Assembly: GCA_022605425.2 (NCBI GenBank) | Contig: CM061246.1 | Span: forward strand, 186,001 to 250,000 | DNA: 64,000 nt | DNA from: Hamiltosporidium tvaerminnensis FI-OER-3-3 | Lineage: Eukaryota > Fungi > Microsporidia | Direction of reading: 5' to 3' | In this document: in pieces, positions 1 through 13,627 of the stretch | Numbering within the stretch: the stretch's first letter is position 1 | How the letters are laid out: each line of letters starts with the position of its first letter | Position numbers and translations under genes: made by a program | Notes under the pieces: generated by a model | The model's input: only the letters and a program-made list of their open reading frames with translations | Database searches by the model: none | What the model was told of the DNA's origin: nothing

Positions 1-2
1 TA

Positions 3-1157
3 GTTGATGAGCGAATTTCACTTTTAGGTTCTGAGTTGCGTGGTTTAAAAGGAGAAGTAACAAATGTAGACTATGAAATCGGTATTAGGCGTACATCTAC
101 CAGTGAAAACTATGAAAAAATCAAACTTCATAAAACATTACCATATCTTGTTGCCACTGTCATTGAAGTTCTGTATTGTGAAAAAACAGGAGATGTTAAT
201 GTTGTATTGATGACATCTACTCGTGTGAATATGCTTATTCTTAATCCTGGACTGGTTGATCCAGCTAAACTTTTACCGGGAACACTGGTTGGTGTACAGA
301 AAGAGAGTAACGTAATTTTGGAAATAATCGAACCGGAATTTGATACAAGAGTCAAGGCTATGGAGTTAGAAGAACGGCCGTTGGAGAATTATGAAGATAT
401 TGGTGGATTGGAGAGGCAAATAGAGGAACTTAATGAAGCAGTCGTTTTGCCATTTTTGCATCCTGAAAAATTCATAAAAATGAATATTCGCCCACCAAAA
501 GGTGTTTTAATGTATGGACCACCTGGTACAGGTAAGACACTCATGGCCCGTGCATGTGCTTCCAAGACCAAGGCAACATTTATTAAATTGGCTGGTACTC
601 AACTGGTTCAGATGTATATCGGAGAAGGTGCACGCCTCGTTCGTGATACATTTGCACTTGCAAAGAAAAAGAAGCCGACTATAATATTTATCGATGAAAT
701 TGATGCAATCGGTACAAAAAGAGTGGATTCCGATCGTAATGGAGATAGAGAAGTACAAAGAACCATGCTTGAACTTCTTAATCAATTGGATGGATTTGCG
801 GTCAACGATGACATAAAAATAATTGCAGCAACTAACCGGCCTGATATTCTTGATCCTGCGCTGTTGCGAAGTGGAAGATTGGATAGGAAAATAGAATTCC
901 CTCTTCCAAATTTGGAAGGAAGGAAAAGAATTCTACAAATACATTCACGTAAAATGGTTGTTCAGGATAATGTTAACTATGAAGAATTGGCGCGATCAAC
1001 TGAAGGTTTTAACGGGGCTCAATGTAAAGCTGCTACCGTCGAAGCTGGTATGCGTGCTTTAAAAAAGAAAAGAGAGGAAATAACTCAGAATGATTTTATG
1101 GATGGAATACAAGACGTATCTGCTGCAAAAAAATCCAGATATCATTATTATACGTAA
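3..1157 (+). CDS. RPT5: 26S proteasome AAA-ATPase regulatory subunit 6A (Rpt5/PSMC3), 5' end truncated by the window edge
   Basis: LPYLVA OB-fold start, Walker [29 protein letters not shown], Walker [28 protein letters not shown], aromatic HbYX-like C-terminus (YYT). The frame is open back to base 3. Confidence 0.95.
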   Translation, partial: VDERISLLGSELRGLKGEVTNVDYEIGIRRTSTSENYEKIKLHKTLPYLVATVIEVLYCEKTGDVNVVLMTSTRVNMLILNPGLVDPAKLLPGTLVGVQKESNVILEIIEPEFDTRVKAMELEERPLENYEDIGGLERQIEELNEAVVLPFLHPEKFIKMNIRPPKGVLMYGPPGTGKTLMARACASKTKATFIKLAGTQLVQMYIGEGARLVRDTFALAKKKKPTIIFIDEIDAIGTKRVDSDRNGDREVQRTMLELLNQLDGFAVNDDIKIIAATNRPDILDPALLRSGRLDRKIEFPLPNLEGRKRILQIHSRKMVVQDNVNYEELARSTEGFNGAQCKAATVEAGMRALKKKREEITQNDFMDGIQDVSAAKKSRYHYYT

Positions 1158-2510
1158 TAAATATCTTTTTTTCAGTTTAATTTATTAATTATTTTGTTGT
1201 ATTTTCATATTGTAAATTTTAGGTTAAAAACATGTTTTTTTCCTGTATTGTTTTGAAAATTGATCATTTGATACACACGGATAAATATTTTTGTAAAAGA
1301 GATTTTTTTGTTTTTCCTTTTTTTTTCAATACTTTTTAGTTACAATTGTAAATCTTTTGTTTTATTTTTCAACTTTAAATGTTTAAAGTGAAAACTTAAC
1401 GTGATTTCGAAATATTTTTGTTTAAAAATATAATTTGGTTTATAAGCATTCTCATAGAAAGTAATTTGATAAATTTTCGTTTAAACTCGTTTTATAGAGA
1501 AATTTGAATCAAAATAATGTGATATTCCGTATTTTAAACAAATGATTTTTTTTCCTGAAGTCGGCCTAGATTTCAGAATGTAATTTACGATGGTTATTAA
1601 AGAGATTTCGTTAGATTTGTTGAGCAAAAGATAAAAATATTTTGAATTAAAATGCATATTAGATTATCCATAAAAAGTGAAAAACCTAAAATATTTATTA
1701 TTTTTTTAGATTTATTAATTTTTTTTGTGTGTTTTCCTAATTTATGATAAATTTAAGATTTTGGAATATTAGATTCGTAATATGAGAGCTAAGAAGATTA
1801 TTTCAATTAAATTTTTCTTTTATTTTAGGATGTTATTTTTTTCAAATATATTCAACAGATTTGCTTAAGTTTTTATATTTCTATGTAAGTAGTAATTTTT
1901 ATTAAAAGAATGTGAAAATCAATCATTAAATTCTTTGTATAATTATCTTTAACAGTTATATATTTTACAGAATTGAAGTTTAAATTGCACTTAGTTTATA
2001 TTATTTTTATATTTAAATGAAGAAAGAGTGTGTATTGAGTGTATATAAACAAGAATCTTGCGATTTATATATTGGAATTACGAAAAATGTAAAATATTTT
2101 TATATATTTGTGATTGTTTAAATCTCATAGTAAATTTAGTTAAATACAATGATTTTTGTTTTTCTGATAATTAAATTGAATTTTAAACTTTCGAAAGTAC
2201 GATTTGTTTTAAAAGTTGGTAAATTTTTGAAATTTTATTTTTTCAAATCAAATTGATTTTGATTTATTGTTCGGAAGATTTATGTAGTAAACTTATATTA
2301 GCTGTGTTTGTTATAAATCAAATCGATTTTGATTTTTTAAATGTGAAAAATCAAAAATTAAGATTCCTAAATTTTATTAAAGTTTTGGTATATTTTTTGA
2401 GTGAATTATTTCATTTTTAATTAATTTACTAAAATTTAATTTATAAAAATGTATTGGTTTAAATATGGTAACATTTAATATACTATAATCTTATTTTATT
2501 TACTGACAAG

Positions 2511-2786
2511 TCATTTATTTTCTTTTTTTGATTTATTTTTGTGCTCGTATTCTGAGAGCTGCATAGGACCATTTTGGTGTTCGTATCTTCTATTTAATAT
2601 ATGATCTGGTGTTATATGTTTCTCTATGAATGATTTTACACGGAAAAAATCGGTATTTTTACAATTTGGATCTTCCAAATTATCGTCTTTAATCTCTATA
2701 GGTTTATTTACATTTAAATGTGGTATCTCTGATATATTTGGACTATTTAGTTTTTTTTCTGAAGCAATTGTTTTATCTTCTTTCAT
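2511..2786 (-). CDS. Short hypothetical protein or 3' part of a frameshifted gene
   Basis: 91-aa ORF with protein-like composition; the upstream purine-rich stretch looks like broken coding sequence; no recognisable domain. Confidence 0.3.
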   Translation of the reverse strand: MKEDKTIASEKKLNSPNISEIPHLNVNKPIEIKDDNLEDPNCKNTDFFRVKSFIEKHITPDHILNRRYEHQNGPMQLSEYEHKNKSKKENK

Positions 2787-5700
2787 TTTTTTTTCTTTCT
2801 CCTTTTTAGAATTTTGTTTTTATTTCTTTTCTGAAACAAATATGATTAGTGTTTCAGATATATTATTTATTATCTTTATTGGTTACATATTTTGTTAATT
2901 TTTATGAGTTTTAGTTCATTAGAAGAATTTTAAATCATTTTTCTTTGGATTTTCTTCAATTTTGAATATTCCTCAACCTTTATCCATTTATCATTTTACA
3001 ATTTTAATTAAAAAATATTTTAAAAAAATAAAATTATCTGATTAGATTAAATTAAAGTAAGATAAGATTTTTGATAGATAGAAAAATACATAATACTTTT
3101 CTATAGGTTTTAATTGTTGAACATGTTATTTTATTTATAATTTAATTACTTAAAAAAATATAATTATACGAGTATTTATTGTATTTTATGTTTAAATATC
3201 AACATATTATTTGTGTTCAAATGCAAGCCAAAATTGTTAGTTAATAAACTAGGGTAAAATATGAAATATTATAGCAAGATAAAACCATTTTCATTCAAAT
3301 TAGACATAGAAGTACTCGTTTACAAATGAATGTATCAAAACAAAACAATATATTTATTTTGTAGTTAAGTTTTAATAAATAAATCGGCCCGAGTTGAGTT
3401 GTCACCTGCTTAAAATCGAAGATCGTATTTATAACTATTATTTTAGAAAGAAACCAAGTATGATAGCCCGTTCAAAAAATGATTATAATCCCATAATTTG
3501 CACCTAATGTATTCTAGATAAAAATCCAAGCCATAACGTGTACATAAGAATGTCTTTAGTCATAAAATAAAAATTCATGACTCTAATAGCAACATTAAAT
3601 TGGTTTGACATGTATATAATCGAATTGTGAATTCTTTTAATATAAAATGGAATTATTTTATTTATTATAACTTGGGATGAAATTCGACCAGATGGATCTA
3701 TTTGCAAAAAGATTCCAATGTCGGATGAATAACGAGCTTTAATGGATAAAAGTGAAAATTTTTCTAAATTTTTTCTTTTGTTTAAAATCGTATTTTTTTT
3801 CTTGAGAAAAAAATAATATATCAAAACATAGCTAAGAAAACAATCAGAATTACAGACAAGATATAAATTTTACTAATTGAATAAGAATAATTAAAGTTTG
3901 ATTTCAATATAAAACAAAATAAACCAATATGAAATGCTTGGACTAATAGAATCGTTCTTACGAACAGATATCGATTCAGATCTTACCAACCAACTTTTTT
4001 GATTGAACCAAGACATGATTATCAACATTAGCCGTCCAACATTTTATTCTAATTCGAGATGATAATAATGAATCCATATTTCCAGTCTTTTTTTAGACAT
4101 TATAATGTTTTTAATTTCTAATTTAAATTTTTTGTTTTTGCAAAATAAATTATACTTTCAAATAATTGCTATGACACCGATTTTATTTCGATTATACAAT
4201 TATGAATATATTATTTCGACGCTTTTTTTAGTTTTTTCAATGGTTTAATGATGCTAAAATTACGGAATGGTTTTTTCGTGAATAATATTTTCATTGTTTG
4301 TATTTATATAGAATCATAAATCATTGAAAATTGTTAGTTTTGGTTATGGTTTCTCAAAGCATAGATTTTAAGTTGGTATATGTTAAAATAATAGCCCACT
4401 TGGTGTTTATTTCTTGCATTTTCATTTTCGGTGATTTGATAGCACATTATTGCTCAAATAATAGGAATAGTTCAGCGATGTCAAATAAACTTTTTTTTAT
4501 TGTGTACTTGCAGTACCCTCTTAGTTTTATAAGGTATTTTATTACTTTTTTTTTTATTTCCAAGCCGACTTCTTTTCGTCTTCGTTCAGAAAAATTTTTG
4601 ATTAGAAATATTCCTATTTCGAATGTTCGCGAAAAATTTAATTATAAATGAACAATACTATACATCACAAATAATGAGCGAAAATTATATTAGTACTTTC
4701 AACCATTTTATTATAAAAGATAATAAATCATCGAATGAAAAAATATTAAAAATTCTAAACTTTACTACTATCATTATAATCCTATGGTATTTTAAAAATT
4801 TAGAATTTACGGAAAAAGGAACCTTATATTGCAAAAATTTTATACAAAAAAATCTATATGAAATATTAGCTATTACTAGTCGTAAATTTAAATATAAATT
4901 ATCTTCGTAGAGTTTACTTCAATATATCGTGGTTTTATAGATCAAATACGTATAAAGTTTTATCAATTAAATGTGTTATGAATTGTTATTTTTTTAATCC
5001 ATATTTTGTAACTACTCTGATAATGTTTATCACCATTTTATTAAGAGTGCATAATTTTTTTTACCTTTATTAACAATAGATTATTTTGCCCTTCTTAGTT
5101 CAAAATCGTTCATTTATAGCCTGTAAATCGATATTTTTGATATTTATTATCAAAGCTTTATTTCTAAAATGCTCGAAGATACGTCTATTTAATCTATATC
5201 ATTCGTGTGTTAAGCTAGCGAATTTTGCAAAAAATATTTTTTTTGGAAATTTTTCAAAACATCGTAGCCAAGATCTTATATTGTTGATTTAGAATAATGT
5301 TCATTAAACGTCGGAATTTAGCTAACCGTTTATGGAATTTCATCGATTTGAGCTAGTTTAATAAATTTGGAAAATTTTCAAGTACTTAACAGCCTTTTTA
5401 ACGCCTAGAAAATGTTTAATATTTCCTAACAATTTTTTTTGAATATTTTTTTGATTTTTTTCTAGAAATATTGTTACAGACTCGAAGTAGCTTTTTTTTA
5501 TTATTAGGAGTCAAAATAATAGATTTCTTTATTTTATATTCTATACGGATTTTTATCAATCGAAAATTTTTGTTTGATTCCGCAATTTATTTATTAAAAT
5601 CTTGTAGTTTTTCTAAAGGTTATTAATTTTTTTTGATGCATTCATCAAGAGAATCATTCATAAATTTGATATTAAAACATTTTTTTCGTATACTTAACCT

Positions 5701-6276
5701 TAATTGTTTATTCATCAATAAAATTTTCTTTGTATTCAAATTTATTTTAAATTAATTGTAATAAGATCTTGATTTGTTTGTTTGAAGATTATATTAATCT
5801 TAATTGCTTTGGAAAAATAGAAATCCTTTTCATCGAATAAGTTTATACTTTCTGTTTTAAATTTCTAAAATGCAAATAGTTTGTAAAAATATTTTTCTTC
5901 AATTTAATTAAATACATTAAGTACATAGGGGATTATTTTATTGAATTGAAAATATTTTTCTTTTTATTAAAAAAAAAATTCTTAATAATAATCTTCTTTG
6001 AAACTTTATCTCTTAAGTTGTTTTACATTCATATCATTAAACTAAATTATAAATTTTGTAATAAATTATTTTTCAAAAATTTTTTAAATTATTTTGCTTC
6101 TTAATTCTAATGATAATTTCTATTTTTTTATGCAACAATTTTTCATAAAAATACTTTAAAATTCTTTTAAATTAGTTGCTTTAAAAATAAATGATTATCA
6201 CTCTTATTTTCTTTCTTAAATTAAAAAGTTTTAAAATAAATTTCTATTTCTTTTTGATAAAGCTTAGCCCAACAGA

Positions 6277-6654
6277 ATGAACAAAAATTATGTAGATGAC
6301 AAGAGTGAAGAGGAAATAGTAGAAAGAACACGAAAACGCAAAATAAATACAACGATAGAATTACAGTTACACAAGAAAAAGAAAAGCAGTACATCCTTAA
6401 TACTTCCCGCTACTCTTGTTGAAACAGAAATGGTAAAAAATATATCTGAAAATTCAACTGAAATGATATGTGCTATTTGTAAGAGAAAGTTAAGAGTATC
6501 CAACAACTTTTCTTGTAGATGTGGCGGTATGTTTTGTGGAAGACATCGACACTTCGATCAACACAGTTGTACATACGACATCAGGAAAGACTTTGTTGAA
6601 AAGCTTACAAAAGAAAATCCAAGGATTATTGGTAGAAAACTGAATGAGTTTTAG
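6277..6654 (+). CDS. AN1-type zinc finger protein (ZFAND5/6-like C-terminal domain)
   Basis: CAICKRKL..FSCRCGGMFCGRHRHFDQHSCTYD..L.KENP matches the AN1 zinc-finger pattern; CCC motif just upstream of the ATG. Confidence 0.9.
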   Translation: MNKNYVDDKSEEEIVERTRKRKINTTIELQLHKKKKSSTSLILPATLVETEMVKNISENSTEMICAICKRKLRVSNNFSCRCGGMFCGRHRHFDQHSCTYDIRKDFVEKLTKENPRIIGRKLNEF

Positions 6655-8610
6655 TGGACAATATTTATTATGAGATAAATAATACGGTTTTTTTATCTTT
6701 GTTTCATTAAATATTTCTGTTTGTTCTTCTAAATTATTTTTAAATTAATTTAATGAATTTTTTGTTATGTATTTCTATTATAAAATATAATTCTATATTT
6801 CGTTTAAAATTTTTCACATAATGGATATCTTCATGATATCTTATTTGGAGTAAATTTCCGTTATATTTTCACTTAATATAATGATATTCGATATTTATAT
6901 TTGTCTGGTATTTAAACTAAAAAATATAATCCGTTATATTTCTATTTTATAGAATTCTACTCAATAAATTATTTTTGCCAATATTTCCACTCCAGTAAAA
7001 TAATACATTTTTTTCGCTAAAATTTCTGTTTAAAGCACAAAATTTCTCTAAAGTTTATACCAAAAAAATATAAAAATTAATTTTTAACTTTAATAAAAAA
7101 AATTTTGTTATTATTTTTTTAGAACTTTCTAATGGGAATATTTGTTCTAACTACATTGAATAGCCATTAATTTTTACTTTCTATGTAAAATCTGGTTCAA
7201 GAGAAGTCACATTTTCTTATTTTAAAATATAAAAAAATTCGTTTAATTATTTTATTGAAAATTTATTGAGAAGTTCTACAATTTAAAATCAAATATATTT
7301 TAATACGAGAAATCAGATTTATATTCTTTAATTCAAATTCAGAAAAACTGAATATTCAAGTTCTGTAATATTAATATGAGTAAGAATATTAAATAAAACA
7401 AAGAAATAATGAAATAATGAAAAAAAAATTTAAAGATAAAAGAATATTCTTTTTTATAATATTTTACATGCAAATGATTAAAAATAAAAGCACAGAAATA
7501 GATAATTTCAAAGATGAATGTAATTGCTTTTATGGCATTCTAATTATTGAACAATCTAAAAGAAAAAAAATTAATTTAGATGATAAAACGGTTTTTAGTT
7601 TTGGTTTTTTACACATAAAACACTCTGAAATAATAGAAATGGGTTTTTATATTTTTAGTTTTCAAAAAATCCGACTAGACAGACAATTTTTTTATAATTA
7701 TTTTAGAAAATTATTTCTAATTTTTATATGTTTACGGATATGTCTTCAAAACTAATATTCATTCTATTTTTTTGAAAAATAATTTTCTAAAATCATGGTA
7801 CTATAGAAAATTAAATTATTTAGTTAGTTATTCTTCTAGTTGAGGATGCTGTGGTAGAAGAAGGCTTTTGTTGGTTTGATTCCCGAAGTATGAAAATGTA
7901 TTAAAATATTTTTTAAAAGTGCAAATTTCCTTACTCGGTGGAATTACGCTCTTTTAAATTTCGACCTTCACCTGCTTTTATTATGCATCTATTATAAAAA
8001 TTCGTTAGATTTATATTTGAGTACAGTGAGACTCCCAATTTTTTTTGGATTGTCTAACTACTTGGGCTTATAATTTTTCGTGATATTTTTATCTTTGAGT
8101 TTGCAATGAAATTTTTTTGTAGCAATTCTGAGTTCCAAATTGATTCAAGGTGATACGGCAGCAGATTTTATTTTATTTTACCTTTTTTAGCTAAGTTATT
8201 ACATGTGTATAAATGTCAAGGTAAATATGTAGTATGAATTCGCCACCTGCTCTACTGAGTTTCATGTGTATCATATTTATTCGCAATGTATTCTGTTTAT
8301 AGATTGAGCTTGAATTCTTCGTGAATGTTTTAGCAATCAGAGAATTTGAAAATTCGAATTATACTTAAAGAAATAATTTGATTCGGTAAGTAAATAGAAT
8401 ATAAATTTTTAGAATTTGATTTATTATTCTTTTAATTTTCTAAATCTTTATAAGACTAGTTATTGAATTTTCTAATTCTTTATAAGAAATTATTGTATTT
8501 TCATAAGTTTTAAAGTAATAATTTGCTTAGAAAAAAAAAATAGAACAAAGTTTTAAGTTTGGTTTTACTTAAATTTTTTAACCAATTTTATTAAAATTTC
8601 CCCTGATTAA

Positions 8611-10920
8611 ATGCATGAATCAAAAAACTGTTTAGATGAAGTTAAAGCGGTTTTATTTAGTTTAGTGGCATCTATAAAAGTAGATATAAACAAAGAAAGT
8701 GAATTTAAAGCTATTTTATGTGATATAAATACCATTTTAAAAACAGAACCATCTCTTTACATATGTTTAGTTGAATGGAAATTTTTTACAAAACAATTTA
8801 TTTATATTTTACGTGAAGAATGTATTTTTATAGAATCAATGGATATTTTGGTGAATGCTTTAGAATATTTTGTTCAAAGTAAGAAAAAAAATAATTTGAA
8901 AGAGTTTTTTATAAACCGAAACAATCTGATTTTTTTAAGTGAAAAAATATACAAAACGTTGAAAAATATAAAAACTGAATTTAATGAAAATTTTATTGAA
9001 GAAGATTTATTATGGAGATGTTCTGAATCTAAAATAATAACTAAGGTAATTCATAGTTTGAAACTTTTTATTTCTTCAAATGATAATTTTACTGTTTCTA
9101 TATTATTGAATATTTTAATGGAAATAGGGTTTTTTGATTTAATTTTATTTTTAAGAACAGAAACTGTTTGTGATTTTTTTAATCAAATATTTAAATACAA
9201 ATCATGTTTTAAAAGTAAAGAAACAACCATTTCAGATAAAAGTACTGTTCCGTATGAAAACATACGCAAACATTTCGATCCTGAAATATTTTACTCTTTG
9301 AAAGATAATATTCCTAAGAAATCTTATTTTTCTAAATATTGTTTCATTTCAAATCCCGTTTTTATAAAACTTGCCAAAATGATTTATCAGTATGTTTTTT
9401 ACTTTTTGGTTGAATATTTTTCTATTCCTAGAAATATTCATACAATAAATTTTATTTGTGAGTTAAAATTTACTGGAAAATTGGAAGATATTGAAAATTT
9501 AAAATATAAAAAATTATCTACTTCTACAGAACAAATCTATGATGAAATTGAAAGTGCTTCAAGAATTAATTTTTTAAATAATCATGATTATAAAGAAAAT
9601 TCATATTTTTCGGTTGTTCATGATAATTCTGATAATTTATCTGAAAATAAATATTTAAATAATGAAACCTTAAATTTGTTTAATTATAGAGATTTTCAAG
9701 ATCATTCGGTTCATGAAGAGTCTATGAAAATAGAGGTGAATTCAAATTTTGAAAATAAAGATATATCTAACCAAAATATATATGATGAAACTATAAGTCA
9801 AACTTTGATTAATCTACCTGATAAAATTGATGTTGGAATAGATTACTTAATAAATTTTAATTCAGTTTTGAGTCGAATAACTGAACTGCAAAATGAGTTG
9901 AAATCTTTTCCAAAAGTTTGCTATTTCGAAATTTATATAAATATGTTGGAATTAATAAGAAATCATTCGCAAAAACAAATTTTGATTAGAAAAGTATTTC
10001 AAAATACAGAATTTATTTCTAAAATATCAGCATTTATTACTGACAAAAACCTTGAAATTTCAATAAATTCTGTAAAAATAATTTACAATCATTTTGTTTT
10101 GTTAAAAGAATTTTTTGATAAAAATTTATTTCTTTACAGAGGAAATTCTAAATTAGAAAAAAATAATATTAAAGATTTGTTTCGCTGTTTAAACAAAGAA
10201 AAGAAAATACAAAGAATGTTTACATTATTACAATACAGTTGCAAATGTGTTTCAGGATGTAATTATGGTAATTGTATTTATCCTAGAGTATTGATTGTAT
10301 TAGGAAATACATTTTTAAATGGAAAAAAGGAATTTTTTTACAAACCCAGTAATTTGGCGTTGATGTGGAGCATTCATAATTTCTTCCCAGAATTTGCCGA
10401 TGAAAAAATAGTTACATTTGATTTGAGCAATTTTAGTTGCTTTTTTAAGATTTATTTTGAAAAATTCATGAATTTTCTATCTAAAAATCCTTATAATTAC
10501 GCAAAAATATTATTTCCAATTGAAAATAAAAAAATTGAAAAAAAAGAAGCCAAATTTAATGTACAAATCGATCAAGATGAAGCAGAATTTAATATAAAAA
10601 ACAATGATTTGATATCTTCAGCTGAAGAAGAACAAACGCTAGAGCCATACAATTCAAAATCAAAAATATTTGATAATAATTTCTTTGAATCTGTAATTTT
10701 TAAAGAAGAAAAAAATGAATTGAAACCAGGAGAAGAATTAGAAAAAAGTACAGAAAAAGATCTACAAAATGAAATTATGGACCAAAAAAATACAAAAAAT
10801 AGTTTTACAACTACAAATTTTGAAAGTAAACAAGAAATCGAGGAATCTAAAATCAATAGTAAAAAGAAAAAAATTAAGAAATCAAAATATAATCTTGAAA
10901 GTAGTTCATCATTCGACTGA
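8611..10920 (+). CDS. 769-aa protein, possibly a divergent Tof1/Swi1/Timeless replication-fork protection factor
   Basis: Long ORF with CCCC before the ATG. LCDINTILK..LVEWKFF..FIYIL and FEKFMNFLSKNPYNYAKILF resemble Timeless-family N- and C-terminal blocks (by eye). The CDS is secure; the identity is tentative. Confidence 0.5.
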   Translation: MHESKNCLDEVKAVLFSLVASIKVDINKESEFKAILCDINTILKTEPSLYICLVEWKFFTKQFIYILREECIFIESMDILVNALEYFVQSKKKNNLKEFFINRNNLIFLSEKIYKTLKNIKTEFNENFIEEDLLWRCSESKIITKVIHSLKLFISSNDNFTVSILLNILMEIGFFDLILFLRTETVCDFFNQIFKYKSCFKSKETTISDKSTVPYENIRKHFDPEIFYSLKDNIPKKSYFSKYCFISNPVFIKLAKMIYQYVFYFLVEYFSIPRNIHTINFICELKFTGKLEDIENLKYKKLSTSTEQIYDEIESASRINFLNNHDYKENSYFSVVHDNSDNLSENKYLNNETLNLFNYRDFQDHSVHEESMKIEVNSNFENKDISNQNIYDETISQTLINLPDKIDVGIDYLINFNSVLSRITELQNELKSFPKVCYFEIYINMLELIRNHSQKQILIRKVFQNTEFISKISAFITDKNLEISINSVKIIYNHFVLLKEFFDKNLFLYRGNSKLEKNNIKDLFRCLNKEKKIQRMFTLLQYSCKCVSGCNYGNCIYPRVLIVLGNTFLNGKKEFFYKPSNLALMWSIHNFFPEFADEKIVTFDLSNFSCFFKIYFEKFMNFLSKNPYNYAKILFPIENKKIEKKEAKFNVQIDQDEAEFNIKNNDLISSAEEEQTLEPYNSKSKIFDNNFFESVIFKEEKNELKPGEELEKSTEKDLQNEIMDQKNTKNSFTTTNFESKQEIEESKINSKKKKIKKSKYNLESSSSFD

Positions 10921-11399
10921 ATATAAACTTTTATCCTTGCATTTTCAAATTATTATATTTCTCACAGATTCATTTTATAATTTTTTTAAAAATTTCTAGT
11001 CAAAAATTTTCGAATTAATGTCCATTCTTATAAATGAATAGAAAGTTATCTTAAAAAGTAAATCATATTTAACAATAAATTTTACTAGTTTAAAATATAT
11101 GTTCGATTATTAAATAATATTAAATTAATTTTGAAAGATTTCTGTTTATAGCACTAAGAAGTAAATAAAAAAAATTTGTGATAAAAAATTTATCTTTACT
11201 TTGATATGGAGAATATAAGAGATTAGGACATATGCCTTCCAATTCTATATTTATTTAACATAAATAATATTATAGATTGTTTGAAATTAAAATTAATTTA
11301 TTGCCGAGCTATTATTCTATTACTTACTTCTTTGTATATTTTCCCTATGTTTTGATTCGATCATCTTTCATATTTGAGGTACTTTCTAAATTACTATTG

Positions 11400-12110
11400 A
11401 ATGCTTTGATTTCTAGTATTTTCTCTCACATTTATCTTGGTTGGTTTTGATATTTGTTTTCATACAAGCTTTACTTCCTTGGTGTTTATCTCAAGCGAAG
11501 TGAGTGACTCTCAGCTCATGATATTACATCCAATTATGCCCTTATTAAATTCCCATTACAGTTCAGTCCTATTCGAATTCTCTTTTGATTAAATAAAATC
11601 AGTTTATATGTTTTTTGAGTACCATTGATTGAATATATGATTCTATGCTTGCTCTTATTTGTTGATTTTTATGGGTTTTTGCAAAACACTATTCTAAGTG
11701 TTAGAATAATCAATCATCAACACTAGAACATTGAATACGACCTTTTTTGGTCAATCCGTTGTTTTTGGAAGTTTTTTTCAGTTTCAACAATTTGAAGTGA
11801 ATCTTGTGAAGTAATTCCTAGTTCAATAAAGAAATATATTCATTTCTTACTAAAATAAATATTTCAGGTTTATTGTTCTGAATTCAACATAAGTTTATAT
11901 TTAGGTATCAGCTTATATAAGTATACCTTTTTTATAAATTCTTGAATAGAATGACTCCTAATTCGTTTTGAGGACTTAAATTTATATTTATTTACGAAAA
12001 GTAAATGAGCTTCTTTGAAGCAAATCTTGCAGTTTTTTACATTCCATTACATTATTGATGGGTAAATGATTTCATTTTTTATATATTTCAATTCCTTCAA
12101 TCATTTTTAT
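11400..12110 (-). mobile_element. Decayed fragment of the RLE non-LTR retrotransposon (endonuclease region)
   Basis: 11780-11826 encodes ELGITSQDSLQIVETEK on the minus strand; around 11950-11990 matches the YKFKSSKRIRSH segment of the younger copies. Confidence 0.75.
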
Positions 12111-12483
12111 TTACCCTTCTTTCTTAATTATTGTAAAATTTGTAAATTTAATTTTTCGTTTAAATTTTTGATGTAAAAATTCTGAAAATCATTTATCTTA
12201 AATTTATTTTTTCGACTAACAAACTCATATTTTATGGTTATTTTAGTCTTATACAAATATTTTAATGCGGTTTTAATACAAAACATTTGATAGTTCTATT
12301 TGTTTCAAATACCTTATAAATATTTTATTTTTAAGTTTTCTAAGAATTAGTTTTATTGCTTATTTCTTTTTTCAAAACATTTGAAGATTCTGTCAGATAT
12401 TTTTCAAATAAAATATTTTAAATCAATTTTTCTAACGTTTGTTTCATATTTAAATTTATATTTTTAAAAGTTGTGACCCATAA

Positions 12484-13491
12484 ATGACAATGAATACCGA
12501 TGACAAAGTAATATTTTTATCTGATATAACACTTGAAGAAGAATATGAAATACTACAATCCATTAAAAGAGCCAAACCAGTGGAAATACCACCAGTTGTA
12601 CAAAAAAGGATTTGTGGCAATTCTTTGTTGGACGATAAAGATTATTTATTTCAGTCTATAAATTTTCTTTGGAAAGAACAAATTTATGACCGTAATTCTG
12701 CACTTTCAAGCATCGTATTTTGTCTTTTAGCTTGTGAACCGTTTTCCAATCTTTTAAAAATTCTTTCTACAAAAAATAGATCTACAAAGAAATTTTTTCC
12801 TTTGGCTGAGATTTTATCAGCATTGATTGATTTCTTGGAAGAAGAAAAAGATTCGAAAAGTTTTAACGAAATACGGGAGAAACTGGTAAAAATAATACCT
12901 GATGGTGACAAAAAAGATAGTTCTATGATTTATAAATCAATATTGGATATTCTTCATAAGGAATTTCTTTCTAGTTATTATTTTGAAGAAGTTGATTGGG
13001 AAATACAAGAAGAAGAAAAATTATCAAAAATTCATATTTATGAGGAATATTCTCCTATTGTTGAGATATTCCAAGGTAAATTTAAATGCCTTGAAAAAGA
13101 ATTAAAAATTAAATATTTTGAATCTTTGAATATTAAACAAAGCAGCAAAGATGAAAAAATTGAAAAAATACTTGAAATGTACGAAGTTTCTACTGATAAA
13201 GGATTAAAATACGAGAATGACATTATTAAAGGTGTTGAATCTACACCAATAGTTTTGGTTGCCAATTTAAATTCAGCGAAAAACGATTTCATTTCAAAAA
13301 ACATAAAATTCGCCGGTGAAAAATATAAACTCGTTTCTGTTTTGTCTAAAAGTGAAGATTCTTATATTTCCTATGTTTTGTCTGGTACGGAATGGATATG
13401 TTGTTTAGGAAAACCATCAATATTTGATTCGGTTTCAAAATTTAAAGGATTTCCATTGATGGCTTTTTATGTTAAAAATCATCAAAATTAA
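12484..13491 (+). CDS. Ubiquitin-specific protease-like protein, apparently catalytically inactive
   Basis: Cys-box-like NSALSSIVFCLLACEPF and His-box-like YKLVSVLSKSEDSYISYV..W architecture, but the catalytic Cys and His are absent; CCC before the ATG. Confidence 0.6.
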   Translation: MTMNTDDKVIFLSDITLEEEYEILQSIKRAKPVEIPPVVQKRICGNSLLDDKDYLFQSINFLWKEQIYDRNSALSSIVFCLLACEPFSNLLKILSTKNRSTKKFFPLAEILSALIDFLEEEKDSKSFNEIREKLVKIIPDGDKKDSSMIYKSILDILHKEFLSSYYFEEVDWEIQEEEKLSKIHIYEEYSPIVEIFQGKFKCLEKELKIKYFESLNIKQSSKDEKIEKILEMYEVSTDKGLKYENDIIKGVESTPIVLVANLNSAKNDFISKNIKFAGEKYKLVSVLSKSEDSYISYVLSGTEWICCLGKPSIFDSVSKFKGFPLMAFYVKNHQN

Positions 13492-13627
13492 ATCATTAAT
13501 TTATTTATCTGTTTAGATTCTAAAATATTTTTTTTTCAAATATATTCAAATTTTTATACTTTTGGATTGTAAAATCTTTATTAGATGTTTATAAATATTT
13601 TATTGAATTCAAATTTTTATGCATAAA

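Noticed and set aside
7842-7885. tRNA-like A/B box motifs (tggtag..ggtttgattcc)
   Set aside because: Spacing is too short and no cloverleaf forms.
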